This document shows positions 1 through 8,730 of a stretch of 32,000 nt of DNA, one piece after another. A model generated the notes under the pieces. That model saw only the letters and a list, made by a program, of their open reading frames with translations. It was not told the DNA's origin and did not search any database. Position numbers and translations under genes: made by a program. This stretch comes from an uncultured Chloroflexia bacterium. GTDB taxonomy: Bacteria > Chloroflexota > Anaerolineae > Anaerolineales > Anaerolineaceae. The stretch covers positions 1,710,001-1,742,000 of the forward strand of contig OY969938.1 in assembly GCA_963704755.1 (NCBI GenBank), in the 5' to 3' direction. Position 1 is the first letter of the stretch. Every line of letters starts with the position of its first letter.

Positions 1-408
1 TATCCAGGTCTCGGTAATGAAGATGGGAGCGCCAGGCTCTCATCCGGGATATCCCCGACTTTCATTGTGTTGCCTATTCTAACAGAAAGGATCAGGCTTA
101 AACAAGCTGTTTTCCCTACGCAAGTTTAAAAATTAATGGATCTTTAAGGAATTTAATGTTAAAGAATACTTAATCTTTCAGCCGATTAATTCGTGATATT
201 TTAGTTGGGTACCAACACCATAGTTGCGGCTTTTTCGGCTGCGCGTTCTCCACATATACCGTTAATGGGCTTATTTTTCGATCTACCCCCCACAGGTGGG
301 ATTAACTCAAAAATATTGCGGTTCGTTTACCGAGGTCTATTATGCAAGTGAGATTCATAAAACAACCTCTCCCCGAGAATCAATTCGTTAACATTTTTAA
401 TTGTCGGA

Positions 409-1701
409 TCAGGCCTCGGACAAAATCCGCCGGGCAGCCTCGCGGCCAATCCGCACGGCGAAATTCGTACCGCGGTCCCAGGGATAAACCTGGCTCATGC
501 TGGCAAAATAGATGCCTTTCAAAGGCGTGGCCAGGTCGGGGATGTTTTGCGAATGGTTGACCAATGGGATCGGCTGGGCATATTGGGTGCGGAACAACCA
601 GGATTTACGCACCCAATCCGGCTTGAAATCCGGGTTGAAGCGCGGCAGGACCGGCATAAACTTTTCCAGAATCTCGTCTTTGCTCAAGCGGAAGTTCTCG
701 TGATCGATATCCAGGTAATCGCCAATATAGACGATGTGATCGCCGCCAAAATGTTCGACCGGGACGAAGTTGGTGTGCTCCACCAGCGCCAGGAAGGGGA
801 AACCCGCGCTCTTGGGAATGTTGTACCAGTAATAACCCTCTTTCGAAAGCTGCTGGCGCAGCGCAAGGACCATCACCACCGCGCCCATGCTCTTTAAATT
901 GAGCAGCCCGCCCAGGTAGTCCTTCGGCAGCGAAGGCGCCAGGCGCGCAAACAACCCCGGCCCAAGGGTGACCAGGCAGCGGTCGAAGGTTTCGGCCTCG
1001 CTGCCCGCGAGAGAAATCTTCACCCGGCCGGCGCCATCCGGTTCGATTTGCTCAACCGGGGTCTTCAGGCGGATTTGAACGCCGCGCTTGCGCAGGATAT
1101 CGGCAAACGCGTCCGAAAAGGCCTGGAACCCGCCCTGGAAGGTCCCCAGGCGAGTGGAACGCGCCTTAAGCCGGGCCCAGAACCAGGCCATATTTACGTC
1201 TTGAAAATACCTTCCGAATTTGCCCTGCAAAAGCGGCTCGAATTGCAAGCCATACAGCTTGTCGCCGTAAGCCTTGCGCATCCAGGCGTCGGCGGTGACC
1301 TTTTCTAAGGGCTTCCAGCCGGCCAGGTACCGCAGGTACACCGTCACGAAGCCGAAACGGGCAATATCCACCAGGTTGAAGCCGGGGAAAGTCAGTGCAG
1401 CCAGGGGCGAATCGAACGGGTAGAAGTGATCTTTGTAGAACACCACCGTCTTCGGTCGCGGGAAAAACACTTTATCCTGCAAGCCAAGTTCGTTGATCAG
1501 ACCCAACATGTCATGATCGCTCTGGAACCAGTGGTGGTAAAAATGCTCCACCGACCAATCCCAATTCTCGTCCTTGAAGCCGGCGGCCAATCCGCCCGCC
1601 TGTTCAGACGCCTCGAAAATGACCACTTCGTGGCCGGCGTTGATGAAATCGTAAGCGGCTGCCATGCCGCCGTGGCCCGCGCCAATGATCGCGATACGCA
1701 T
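409..1701 (-). CDS. NAD(P)/FAD-dependent oxidoreductase (amine-oxidase / phytoene-desaturase-like fold), substrate unknown
   Basis: 430-aa ORF. N-terminal Rossmann dinucleotide motif MRIAIIGAGHGGMAAAYDF...VVIFEA. Only 8 nt separate it from the upstream membrane-protein gene, suggesting one operon. Confidence 0.8.
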   Translation of the reverse strand: MRIAIIGAGHGGMAAAYDFINAGHEVVIFEASEQAGGLAAGFKDENWDWSVEHFYHHWFQSDHDMLGLINELGLQDKVFFPRPKTVVFYKDHFYPFDSPLAALTFPGFNLVDIARFGFVTVYLRYLAGWKPLEKVTADAWMRKAYGDKLYGLQFEPLLQGKFGRYFQDVNMAWFWARLKARSTRLGTFQGGFQAFSDAFADILRKRGVQIRLKTPVEQIEPDGAGRVKISLAGSEAETFDRCLVTLGPGLFARLAPSLPKDYLGGLLNLKSMGAVVMVLALRQQLSKEGYYWYNIPKSAGFPFLALVEHTNFVPVEHFGGDHIVYIGDYLDIDHENFRLSKDEILEKFMPVLPRFNPDFKPDWVRKSWLFRTQYAQPIPLVNHSQNIPDLATPLKGIYFASMSQVYPWDRGTNFAVRIGREAARRILSEA

Positions 1702-1708
1702 GCTGGCT

Positions 1709-2746
1709 TTATCCTTTCAATGCGGTGGGTTCAACCTCGGCCACCGTTTGACCTTTGCGAACGTCCTTGCCCCAGCGCAGTGGCTGGCGGAAATAATAGA
1801 AGGCGCCCAATGCCGTGATCGGCAGCCACAAGGCCACGTGCAGCAGCCCTGTATAAGCCGTAGCATCCGCCTGCGCGACCCCATATGCCACCAGGACGGC
1901 AATGCCGGGTCCGTCGAATGTACCGATATAGCCCGGCGCGGATGGAATCGTCGTGGCAATGTTGACGATGCCGTTCATCAGCATCAGGGCAAAAAAGCTG
2001 ACTTGAAAATCGAAGGCGTGCATTACGAACCAGTACTTGCCGGTTTCGAACAGCCAGATCAACACCGTGGTCAGGAAAACCATCAGCGCATCCTTGGGAG
2101 AGCGCAGCGATTCCAACCCGGTCAGAAAGCGCAAGGTCAGGTCGCGAGCCTTCTGGCGGATCGAACCGGGCAGCACCCGATCGATCAACGCGATGGCGAT
2201 GCGCTCGGTCACCTTGGGGAACATGGCCGCCAGCAAAAAGACCACCAGCGCGCCGATGAAAATAATCGAGCTCCACAACGAAATTTGCTGAATGTTGCCC
2301 ACAAAGCCCGAATCCTGGGTCAGCCCTTCCAGCGCGCCCAGGTTGAAGAGCACAAAGCCCAACATGACCACCGCATCGAAGATCCGCTCCACCACGATAG
2401 TGGCTAACGAAGCCGAGATCGGCACCTGTTCGCGATCCTTGAGGATGGCCGCACGCAGTACTTCGCCTGCCCGGGCCGGGTAGATGTTATTGCCCATGTA
2501 TCCGATCGTTACGATCGGGAACATGGTACGGGTGGGAATTTTTTTTAGCGGCCGCAGCAGATAATGCCAGCGCCAGGCTCGCACCCACACGCCCACAAAA
2601 TAAACAGCGATTCCGGGGACCAGCCACCAAAAATGGGCCGTTTTAAGCGCAGTCCAGGCCGCACTGAATTCCAATCCCCGTAAAGAGAAATACAGGAATA
2701 CCGCACTGATGAGTATTCCTGCCCAGAATTGCCAACGTTTAATCAT
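1709..2746 (-). CDS. flippase-like / lysylphosphatidylglycerol-synthase-TM-region-like (UPF0104) integral membrane protein
   Basis: 345-aa ORF with about 8 hydrophobic helices. The motif ...NNIYPARAGEVLRAAIL... resembles the conserved P-x-R-x-GE-x-x-R loop of this family. Recognised by eye only. Confidence 0.65.
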   Translation of the reverse strand: MIKRWQFWAGILISAVFLYFSLRGLEFSAAWTALKTAHFWWLVPGIAVYFVGVWVRAWRWHYLLRPLKKIPTRTMFPIVTIGYMGNNIYPARAGEVLRAAILKDREQVPISASLATIVVERIFDAVVMLGFVLFNLGALEGLTQDSGFVGNIQQISLWSSIIFIGALVVFLLAAMFPKVTERIAIALIDRVLPGSIRQKARDLTLRFLTGLESLRSPKDALMVFLTTVLIWLFETGKYWFVMHAFDFQVSFFALMLMNGIVNIATTIPSAPGYIGTFDGPGIAVLVAYGVAQADATAYTGLLHVALWLPITALGAFYYFRQPLRWGKDVRKGQTVAEVEPTALKG

Positions 2747-2790
2747 GGCGCAATTTTACCATTTGGGACGAGTAAATATAAGGTAAGCCA

Positions 2791-4044
2791 TTATGCCCCG
2801 GCTAACACCGGTTCATCCCCGTTGAAACGCCGCAACTGCGGCCAGCGCCAGGCAATCGCCGCCACCGCCACAATACAACCAATCCCGCCGGTGATGATGG
2901 CCGCCGGGGTACCGAAACCCTGCGCCACCAGGCCGGCTTCGATCTCACCCAACTGCGGCCCACCCATAAAGAAAATCTGGTTGATGCTGACCATCCGGCC
3001 GCGCATCGCGTCGGGCGTCTGCAACTGGCGGATCGTATTCCGCAAGATGGTCGAGACCGTATCCGATCCGCCGATCAAGGCCAGGGCAATAAAAGTGATG
3101 GTTATCGACTGGGATATGCCGAACACAACCGTGGCGATGCCGAAGACCACCACCGACCACAACAACAACCGGCCCTGGCGCCGGATGGCGCTGCGCTGCG
3201 AAATGGCCAGGCCGATCAAGATGCCGCCGGCCGATTGCGCGCCGGCCAGCCAGCCGTACTCCACCGGGCCAACGTGCAGGATATCCTGAGCCACAAAGGG
3301 CAGCAAGGTGTTTGCCGAAGAGAAAAAGGTGGCCATAAAGTCCAGCACCATCGAGGACAGGATGACCGGTGAATGGCCTATGAAATGAATCCCGTCTTTG
3401 ATGGCCTGCAAACTCTCGGCCGGGTTACCAGGCGACTGGACCACGCCGCGCTGGCCGACCTTCCCCATCATCAGCAGGGCCACCAGCACTGCCAGAAAAG
3501 AAACCGCGTTGATCAGGTAAGTGAAGCCCTGGCCGTAATAGGCGATGATCAACCCGCTCAAAGCCGGCCCAATGATCGCACCGGTGGTCTGAGCGATCGA
3601 GTTCAGGCTGAAGGCACTGGCCAGCTCTTCGGTGGGCAGCAAATTCGGGATCAGTGCCTGGCGAGCCGGTGTATCGAATGAAATCGCCACCGCCTGGATC
3701 GCCGTCAGGGCATAGATGTGCCACAATTGAACAGTCCCGGCTAACGTCAGCCAGGCCAGGCCAAGCGCAGTCAGCATCATCACCGTTTGGGTGATAAACA
3801 GTACGTTGCGGCGGTTGAACTGGTCGGCCACCAGGCCGGCAAAAAGGGAGAAGGCCAGAATGGGCAAAAAGCGCGCCAGGCCAATCCCGCTGACGGCTAC
3901 CGGCTGGTCGCTCAGTACCCGGATGTGCCAGTACAGGGCCCACACCTGCATTTGCGAACCCGCGACAGAAATAAGCATTCCCGCCCATAGAAGTGTGAAA
4001 TTTCGGTACTTCAGGGCCGGCGGTAAGGTAATTAACTTTTTCAC
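2791..4044 (-). CDS. MFS transporter (MFS_3 / enterobactin-exporter-like branch)
   Basis: 417-aa ORF with about 12 hydrophobic segments. N-terminal YRNFTLLWAGMLISVAGSQMQ and FAGLVADQFNRR loop are typical of this MFS branch. A 45-nt gap to the next gene suggests the same operon. Confidence 0.8.
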   Translation of the reverse strand: MKKLITLPPALKYRNFTLLWAGMLISVAGSQMQVWALYWHIRVLSDQPVAVSGIGLARFLPILAFSLFAGLVADQFNRRNVLFITQTVMMLTALGLAWLTLAGTVQLWHIYALTAIQAVAISFDTPARQALIPNLLPTEELASAFSLNSIAQTTGAIIGPALSGLIIAYYGQGFTYLINAVSFLAVLVALLMMGKVGQRGVVQSPGNPAESLQAIKDGIHFIGHSPVILSSMVLDFMATFFSSANTLLPFVAQDILHVGPVEYGWLAGAQSAGGILIGLAISQRSAIRRQGRLLLWSVVVFGIATVVFGISQSITITFIALALIGGSDTVSTILRNTIRQLQTPDAMRGRMVSINQIFFMGGPQLGEIEAGLVAQGFGTPAAIITGGIGCIVAVAAIAWRWPQLRRFNGDEPVLAGA

Positions 4045-4105
4045 GAATAGATAAACTCAGATATTAAATTTTATTTCCCGGTATTACTTCTTAGAAATAT
4101 TTCTT

Positions 4106-4137
4106 GTAACGATCCGGCGCATGCGCCAGATCGTTAC
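4106..4137. repeat. perfect-arm hairpin gtaacgatc-cggcgcatgcgcc-a-gatcgttac
   Basis: 9-nt inverted arms flank an internal GC palindrome (ggcgcatgcgcc). Read directly from the sequence in the 4045-4456 intergenic region. Confidence 0.7.
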
Positions 4138-4173
4138 GGTCGCCCAATCATAACATTAATGAAAAAGAAAAGA

Positions 4174-4283
4174 AACTACTCGGTACCTTGTTAAAAGGTC
4201 CCGAATTTGAGGTGTTTGCGGGGGCGATGCCCCCGCAAACACCTCAAATTCGGGGTTCTTCACTGTTAGGCTGAGAAGTTACT
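4174..4283. repeat. nested palindromic intergenic element, copy 1
   Basis: Outer inverted termini aactactcgg ... ctgagaagtt. Inner 26-nt perfect arms cccgaatttgaggtgtttgcgggggc / gcccccgcaaacacctcaaattcggg at 4200-4254. Confidence 0.7.
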
Positions 4284-4291
4284 AAGAAAAT

Positions 4292-4395
4292 GTTACTACT
4301 CAGTCCCGTTCGGAAAGGAGGGGTGTTTTAATTGTTTTTCGCGGGCTTCACCCGCGAAAAACAATTAAAACGCCCCTCTTTTTTATGGTAGTAAC
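4292..4395. repeat. nested palindromic intergenic element, copy 2
   Basis: Outer termini gttactac ... gtagtaac are perfect inverted repeats. Inner arms gaggggtgttttaattgtttttcgcggg / cccgcgaaaaacaattaaaacgcccctc surround the loop cttca. A T6 run follows on the + strand. Confidence 0.75.
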
Positions 4396-4428
4396 CCGGC
4401 TTTGAAAGCCGGGCTTTGTATTTTTATT
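4395..4428 (+). terminator. intrinsic-terminator-like hairpin (cccggc-tttgaaa-gccggg) followed by ctttgtatttttatt
   Basis: GC stem plus T-rich tail, but only in + orientation. No + strand CDS lies upstream, so its role is unclear (see findings). Confidence 0.4.
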
Positions 4429-4456
4429 ACAACTCACATGGTCACCCACGCAGTAT

Positions 4457-5272
4457 CTACCGGGTCAGGATGAAAACAACCACCAAACCGATCAAAACCA
4501 GGCCGGCGACGATCCAGAGCAGGTAAGGCACGCGTTCCTCCTGCATGACCGGCGTGCCCTGGTAATTTTGTCTGGCAAAGGCAGTCTGGACCGGCTCGTC
4601 CGCCTGAGCGACCTCCTCCTCGTCATCCTCTTCGACTTCTTCCTCGACACGCAGGCTGTCCAGATATGGATCCAGGTTTTCGCCGAATTTCGCTTCCAGA
4701 GCCTGGTGGGCGGCGGCCATGACCTCGGCGTCGTCCGACCACAAGGCCAGTCCGGCCAGCGCCTGATAGGCCTGTATATCATCCACTTCACCCATAGCAC
4801 GGATGGCCTTTAGCCGCGTTTTACGGTTGGTGCTCGGGTGGTTCGCCAGGGTGACCAGGCCGTTCAAGGTCTGGCGGTCGGCCAGGCTCAGGCTTTCCCC
4901 GCTTTCATCCTGCAACTCACCCTCTTCCTCATTCGCCCTGGACGCCGGCTGTATCCAGAAGCTATCCTTTACCTGTACGAGGTCAAGCAGCCAGCCTTCT
5001 CCATCAGGAAATTCATCCGCAGAGGCCATTTGCAAAACATAGCGATCTTCATTACCTAAAATGATGTGCAGCGCTTCGCGAGCAGCCTTTTGAACTTGCA
5101 GGTCGGGATCGAGCAGGATGGCCAGGGTCAGCGGTTCAACCGCCTCATAATCATTCAGGTCGCCCATGGCGTGCGCAGCTTTTGCGCGTACTTCAGGCGC
5201 ATCTCGCCGCCGTAAGCCTCTCACCAGGTCATTCAAATCTCGAGAAGTGTAATTCGAATTATCCGGTTCCAT
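4457..5272 (-). CDS. HEAT-repeat (PBS-lyase HEAT-like) protein with acidic linker and C-terminal membrane anchor
   Basis: 271-aa ORF. Repeated ...VRAKAAHAMGDLNDYEAVEPL... / ...RLKAIRAMGEVDDIQAYQAL... units, an E/D-rich stretch, and a C-terminal hydrophobic helix LLWIVAGLVLIGLVVVFIL. Confidence 0.7.
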   Translation of the reverse strand: MEPDNSNYTSRDLNDLVRGLRRRDAPEVRAKAAHAMGDLNDYEAVEPLTLAILLDPDLQVQKAAREALHIILGNEDRYVLQMASADEFPDGEGWLLDLVQVKDSFWIQPASRANEEEGELQDESGESLSLADRQTLNGLVTLANHPSTNRKTRLKAIRAMGEVDDIQAYQALAGLALWSDDAEVMAAAHQALEAKFGENLDPYLDSLRVEEEVEEDDEEEVAQADEPVQTAFARQNYQGTPVMQEERVPYLLWIVAGLVLIGLVVVFILTR

Positions 5273-5298
5273 GGTGGGCCTTCCTTTTAAAAATCAAC

Positions 5299-5410
5299 GT
5301 AACTACTCAGGCCAGGTCGGAAATCAGGCGTGTTTTTATGATTTTTCGCGTGCTTCGCACGCGAAAAATCATAAAAACACGCCGCTCTTTTGCGGTAGCT
5401 GAGCAGTCAC
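5299..5410. repeat. nested palindromic intergenic element, copy 3
   Basis: Outer termini gtaactactcag ... ctgagcagtcac. Inner arms ggcgtgtttttatgatttttcgcgtg / cacgcgaaaaatcataaaaacacgcc surround the loop cttcg. Similar aatcaac..aactact strings lie on both flanks. Confidence 0.75.
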
Positions 5411-5423
5411 GAATCAACAAGAA

Positions 5424-6566
5424 CTACTGCTGCCAGGCGGACACGTTGTCGAAATAGATTTTCAGCCCATTTTCATCCATGTTTTCCCAGCTAAAGCCGT
5501 AGATGGCCATACTGCCATCACTGACCGGGCCGGTCAGGAAAACCTGGTCCTCGAATTTTCCGTTGATAAACAGGCTGATCTGGTTGGTGTCGCAGGTGAC
5601 CGCGTAGTGGTTGCTGGCGGACGGATCGGCGGCGAAGTCGTCGCTGGTCTCCCATTCGTCATTGGTCAAATAGGTATATTGGTCGGCAGTGGATTGCCCA
5701 ATCTGATAAGCGCTGTTTTCCACGTCGATATCGACGTAATAATAATTATCTTCATCCTGGACCAGGCACATCACGCCCACGGTGCCATTGCCGGTGTAAG
5801 GCTGGGGGATCTGAGCGTCGAACTCGATAGCCGTGGGATAAAAATCAACCGGGATGTAGCTCCACACGATCCATTGGCTGTCCATAATCTGGATAAAGTA
5901 TTGTTCGTCTTCATAACCCAGGTTGGTGGTTTCATCCGAGTAAACATCCCAGCCCAAATCCTGGTTAGAAAAGTCGTCGAAGATCTGGTTATCGCCGGAA
6001 TACTGGCCAGAATGAGCCGGTGCGACCGGCACATCCGGCACAGTTGACGAGCCCGAAAGCGGCTCATCCGTCGGAGAGACGGTCATGCCCGGCAGATCGG
6101 TCGCCAGCATGTCGGTGCCCGGCGCTTCAAAGGTCGGTTGGGCAGAGAAGTCGAAGGTCGGCTCAAAGGTCGGTGCGACCGTGTCATTGAAATTAAAATC
6201 CTGGTACGGTTCAATGGCCGTCTCCAGGTTGGTCGAGACAGTTCGCGTGCCTGCCTGTAAGGTGAAGAATGCAATCCCTGCGACCAGCACGCCGCAAATA
6301 CACAGCACCACCAGGCCCAATACAACAATCAGCCAGACCGGAAATTTGCTTTTCCTGCCCGGCGCCGGTGGCGGAGTGAAGGAGGAACCCTGCGGCATTT
6401 CGGCCGGCGGAGGGGTGAAGGATTCAGGTGGCGGGGGCGGCGTATTTTCGAGGTAAGATGCCGGTGTTGTAACAATATCCACGGCCTGTCCGCATGCCTC
6501 ACAATAACGCGCTCCCGGTTTGAGCGGGGCGCCGCAGTTGCGGCAGGTAGCACTTTCGTCTGTCAT
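5424..6566 (-). CDS. zinc-ribbon membrane protein with Pro-rich linker and an extracytoplasmic, possibly concanavalin-like, C-terminal domain
   Basis: 380-aa ORF. N-terminal CRNC-x10-CEAC zinc ribbon, a PPPPPE/TPPP linker, and one TM helix (VWLIVVLGLVVLCICGVLVAGIAFF). The fold of the C-terminal ~200 aa is only a guess. Confidence 0.65.
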   Translation of the reverse strand: MTDESATCRNCGAPLKPGARYCEACGQAVDIVTTPASYLENTPPPPPESFTPPPAEMPQGSSFTPPPAPGRKSKFPVWLIVVLGLVVLCICGVLVAGIAFFTLQAGTRTVSTNLETAIEPYQDFNFNDTVAPTFEPTFDFSAQPTFEAPGTDMLATDLPGMTVSPTDEPLSGSSTVPDVPVAPAHSGQYSGDNQIFDDFSNQDLGWDVYSDETTNLGYEDEQYFIQIMDSQWIVWSYIPVDFYPTAIEFDAQIPQPYTGNGTVGVMCLVQDEDNYYYVDIDVENSAYQIGQSTADQYTYLTNDEWETSDDFAADPSASNHYAVTCDTNQISLFINGKFEDQVFLTGPVSDGSMAIYGFSWENMDENGLKIYFDNVSAWQQ

Positions 6567-7054
6567 GATTGGGTCTCCTTAGGAATGTTCTCGATGAACC
6601 TGTGTGTTGCACTATCCTATTTACGGATTTAGCCGAAAAATCGTTTCACCGGGAAGCGCTGGTCCTTGTACTGGCCGGTTTGGTCCGCCACAAAGAAAAT
6701 GGTTGGGGCATAAAGCGATAAGAGTGAATAGTCTTCATTATACGTAACCACCCAGCCATCGCAGAATAACTTTCTCCTCTTCCGAACCAGCCTGAACAGT
6801 TACCATTATACAAAGAATCGACCCCAGTCCAATAAAATAGGGCTAAAACAATTCCGCCCAATGTATACAAATTATTGGCGTTGTATAAATTTTCCTTCAC
6901 ATTTACCCCTGGGGGCCCTACTCGTTTATAATTGAACCATACGATTAGCGGACATTAAATCGCCGCACTGAACCTTTTTATTATCTACCTCGTTGAGCCA
7001 TCCGGCTCACATACCGCAGTCGTAACAGACCGCCAGGATCAAGGAAGAAAAAAC

Positions 7055-7669
7055 ATGAGATTCGAAACCGAACCGAACCCCGAAGAAGAACCAGAAGAAG
7101 AGCCTCAAGAAGGCCAACCCCAGGGTCCCTCCTTCAACATCCAGGAAAAACTCCTCAAAACCCGCACCATTCTTATTTTTGGTGAGATTAATCAAAAGCT
7201 GGCCGAGCGGGTCACCCAGCAATTGCTGCTATTATCCTCGATGTCTGATGACGATATCAAAATCATCCTCAACTCACAGGGTGGCCACGTTGAATCGGGC
7301 GATACGATTTTCGACATGATCCGCTTCGTGGAACCCAAGGTGAAGATCGTCGGCACCGGGTGGGTCGCCAGCGCAGGCGCGTTGATCTATTCCGCCGCCC
7401 CGGTGGAAGATCGCTACTCTTTGCCGAACACCCGCTACCTGCTGCACCAGCCCCTGGGTGGCATCCGCGGCAGCGCCGTTGACTTGGCGATTGAAGCCCA
7501 GGAAATCCTGCGGATGCGCCGGCGCTTGAACGAAATTTTCGCCAGGCAAACCAACCAGCCGCTGGAGAAAATTGAACACGATACCGATCGCAACTTCTGG
7601 ATGAGCGCCGAAGAGGCCAAAACCTATGGCCTGGTTGGACACATCATCGAAAACATCAAGGAAATCTAA
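7055..7669 (+). CDS. clpP: ATP-dependent Clp protease proteolytic subunit (ClpP family), divergent
   Basis: 204-aa ORF. It aligns without gaps to the E. coli ClpP C-terminal half (EIL...DT(D/E)R..SA.EA..YGLV). Ser in GWVASAG and His in LLHQP are present, but the catalytic Asp position is Asn. The N-terminal extension is acidic and Pro/Glu-rich. Confidence 0.9.
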   Translation: MRFETEPNPEEEPEEEPQEGQPQGPSFNIQEKLLKTRTILIFGEINQKLAERVTQQLLLLSSMSDDDIKIILNSQGGHVESGDTIFDMIRFVEPKVKIVGTGWVASAGALIYSAAPVEDRYSLPNTRYLLHQPLGGIRGSAVDLAIEAQEILRMRRRLNEIFARQTNQPLEKIEHDTDRNFWMSAEEAKTYGLVGHIIENIKEI

Positions 7670-7797
7670 TTCGAATTCGACCTTTCCTGGGGCTGCCTGG
7701 CCGGGCAGCCCCAGGAATAATTAATGCACCTGTCTGAATGGGGAATTTTCACCGGGCAGGGGATGGATTGTTCCAGTGGATTAAAAAGGAGCCCCCC

Positions 7798-8568
7798 GTG
7801 CTGCTTTGTGTCGATATCGGCAATACGAACATAAAGTTGGGTTTGTTCGCCGGTGAGCACTTGCGCTACCACTGGCGGATCGCGACCGACCGCGACCGGC
7901 TGGCCGACGAATACGCCATGTTGTTGTTCGACCTGCTGCACTCGGAGCAGCTCGAAAAGACCGCGATTACCGGCTGTGCGATATCCTCCGTCGTCCCGGC
8001 CTTGAGAATGGAATTTGCCGAACTGGCGCACAGGCACCTGGGACTGGAGCCGCTGACCATCAGCGCCGCGACGCCGACCGGCATGCGCATTTTGACCGAT
8101 TACCCGGCTGAAGTGGGCAGCGACCTGATCTGCGGCGCCTTTGCGGCTCGCAACCTGTACGGCGCCCCCGCCATCGTGATTGGGGTTGGCACCGCCACCA
8201 CCTTTGTGGCCATCTCCGCCTCGGGAGACTTCGAAGGGGTCGCCATTGCGCCGGGGGTCATTACCGGGGCAGAATCACTGTTCCGGGCCGCCTCCGCCCT
8301 CCCGCGAGTCGCCCTGACCCGGCCCCAGACCACCATCGGCAGAAACACCATCCATTCGATGCAAGCCGGGCTGGTTATTGGCTTCAGCGGGCTGGTGGAC
8401 AGGCTGGTGGAACGTATGAAAGCCGAACTGGGCGGGCAAGCCCACGTGATCGCCACCGGCGGCCTGGCCGGCCTGATCGCCGCCGAGGCCAAATCCATCG
8501 ACATCGTCGAGCCCAACCTGCCGCTGATCGGGCTGCGCCTGATCTATGAAATCAGTCACCCGGCATAA
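7798..8568 (+). CDS. coaX: type III pantothenate kinase
   Basis: VLLCVDIGNTNIKLGLF phosphate-1 motif at the N-terminus, then ...IVIGVGTATTF... and ...VIATGG.... The ORF track opens at 7738, but homology begins at the GTG at 7798, which I take as the likelier start. Confidence 0.88.
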   Translation: MLLCVDIGNTNIKLGLFAGEHLRYHWRIATDRDRLADEYAMLLFDLLHSEQLEKTAITGCAISSVVPALRMEFAELAHRHLGLEPLTISAATPTGMRILTDYPAEVGSDLICGAFAARNLYGAPAIVIGVGTATTFVAISASGDFEGVAIAPGVITGAESLFRAASALPRVALTRPQTTIGRNTIHSMQAGLVIGFSGLVDRLVERMKAELGGQAHVIATGGLAGLIAAEAKSIDIVEPNLPLIGLRLIYEISHPA

Positions 8569-8621
8569 ATGGGTTACCGGCCCAATGGGTAAGAAACCCG
8601 TATTTTTGGGGGGGCGCAAGC

Positions 8622-8729
8622 CAATTTGCAGCTTTCCCGGAGAAACAGGGTGTTTTTGATGTTTTTCGCGTGCTTCGCACGCGAAAAACATCAAAAAAAA
8701 CTGTCCCTTGAACTGGCCTGAGCAATTAC
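8622..8729. repeat. nested palindromic intergenic element, copy 4 (partly decayed)
   Basis: The core gggtgtttttgatgtttttcgcgtgc-ttcg-cacgcgaaaaacatcaaaaa has a centre identical to copy 3. The 3' terminus cctgagcaattac is family-like and the 5' terminus is degenerate. It lies between convergent coaX and the hydrolase gene. Confidence 0.65.
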
Positions 8730-8730
8730 G

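Noticed and set aside
1-66. Possible 5' end of a minus-strand gene (ATG at 64-66, MKVGDIPDESLALPSSLPRPG..) running off the left edge
   Set aside because: Only 22 codons are visible, with no motif. It cannot be supported.
1664-2407. 247-aa + strand ORF, and similar long antisense ORFs at 2729-3289, 8956-9759, 5607-6047 and 16606-17289
   Set aside because: Each lies fully inside a well-supported opposite-strand gene (flippase-like, MFS, hydrolase, zinc-ribbon protein, cas8c). Their composition is low-complexity and Arg/Gly/Pro-rich, or they lack motifs. They are shadow ORFs.
6646-6900. 84-aa minus-strand ORF (GTG start) with one hydrophobic segment in the clpP upstream region
   Set aside because: It has no convincing ribosome-binding site, no recognisable motif, and a basic, low-complexity tail. 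This is not enough to call a gene.
7738-7797. Upstream ATG start for coaX (adds MGNFHRAGDGLFQWIKKEPP)
   Set aside because: Type III pantothenate kinases begin right at the (L)xxDxGNT motif. The extension has no homology, so the GTG at 7798 is preferred. The longer ORF cannot be excluded.
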